From positions 62,001 to 126,000 of the forward strand of contig NIVC01001757.1 in assembly GCA_002269645.1 (NCBI GenBank): a stretch of DNA of 64,000 nt, read 5' to 3'. Below, piece after piece: positions 63,395 through 64,000 of the stretch (positions are counted from its first letter, which is position 1; each line of letters opens with the position of its first letter). Origin of the DNA: Macrostomum lignano (lineage: Eukaryota). Below the pieces are notes generated by a model that was given only the letters and a program-made list of their open reading frames with translations, had not been told where the DNA came from and did no database searches. A program made the position numbers and the translations under genes.

Positions 63395-64000
63395 CATGAT
63401 CCCATGCCGATAATTCCAATTTTATCTACATAGATCCATGTCAATAATTTCTAGCTTATCCCTATGGCAGCTTATTGAATTAGCTACTACCATCAAGTCT
63501 ATAGGCCAAGTCAATAATTCAAATTTTATCCACATGGGTCCATGTCAATAATTCCAATTTTATCCACACGGATCCATGTCAATAATTTTCAGCTTATCTC
63601 CATTGCCAAGGCTAAGATTGTGCAGTTGCTTGTGTTTAGTTTTGTGTACTAACATTAAATTGATATTGTCATTATTATTAATAATATTATCATTATTATT
63701 ATATATTGAATTTTGAATTTTGCAAGTCTCATTTGCCTCCATATTTGGGTCGTTTGGTTGTTCTAAGCAAAGCCGGCAGGCGGCAGCTAAGCAAATATTT
63801 AAAATTAACCCTTTTAATAATGAAAAGTTTTAACAAAATACTTGATATTATTCAATATTCAATAAATGTAGTTTATTTGGAAGATTTGTAAAACAGTGAA
63901 AACAAAAAGAAAGTTTTTAAAAAGATTCATTTTAATGTTCTTTATTCCAATAAGCTGCTATGAGGATAAGCTGGAAATTATTGACATGGATCCATGTGGA
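63395..64000. mobile_element. Foldback-like element, truncated by the window end
   Basis: Tandem CCATGTCAATAATT...TTATC units 63395-63600; 63946-64000 is an inverted copy of about 63424-63480. Confidence 0.55.

Overview
Eukaryotic (animal) genomic DNA: GC-rich, Ala/Gln-run-rich exons separated by GT-AG introns, most long introns filled by their own minisatellite. The style resembles a free-living flatworm such as Macrostomum (inference only). Six protein-coding loci could be assembled by hand with consistent exon phases: (1) last exon of a GT31 beta-1,3-glycosyltransferase (+, 1848-2430); (2) dynein light chain roadblock (-, main exon 4628-4924); (3) an uncharacterised 8-exon, ~572-aa gene (+, 7930-11962) facing away from roadblock across a palindromic RFX X-box; (4) a divergent p38 MAPK (+, 4 exons, 13683-17932); (5) a complete Delta-type Notch ligand (-, 9 exons, 24531-42733; DSL, 7 EGF, TM, C-terminal TEV); (6) a ~1800-aa centrosomin/CDK5RAP2-like coiled-coil protein with CM1- and CM2-like ends (-, 13 exons, 47066-60905). 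Mobile DNA: a tRNA-type SINE, a CORE-SINE, several 8-bp-TSD (hAT-type) MITEs, one pair nested, and a foldback-like element cut by the window end. Most unusual: two antisense fragments of the 28S rRNA H69-H71 region in p38 introns (one inside an intact MITE); a 64-bp array that multiplies a splice acceptor seven times with the outermost copy in frame; a shared GGGAT/ATCCC core in many unrelated minisatellites; and a 47-aa single-TM smORF upstream of roadblock. No CRISPR arrays or full RNA genes were seen. All gene models are manual predictions without transcript or database support.
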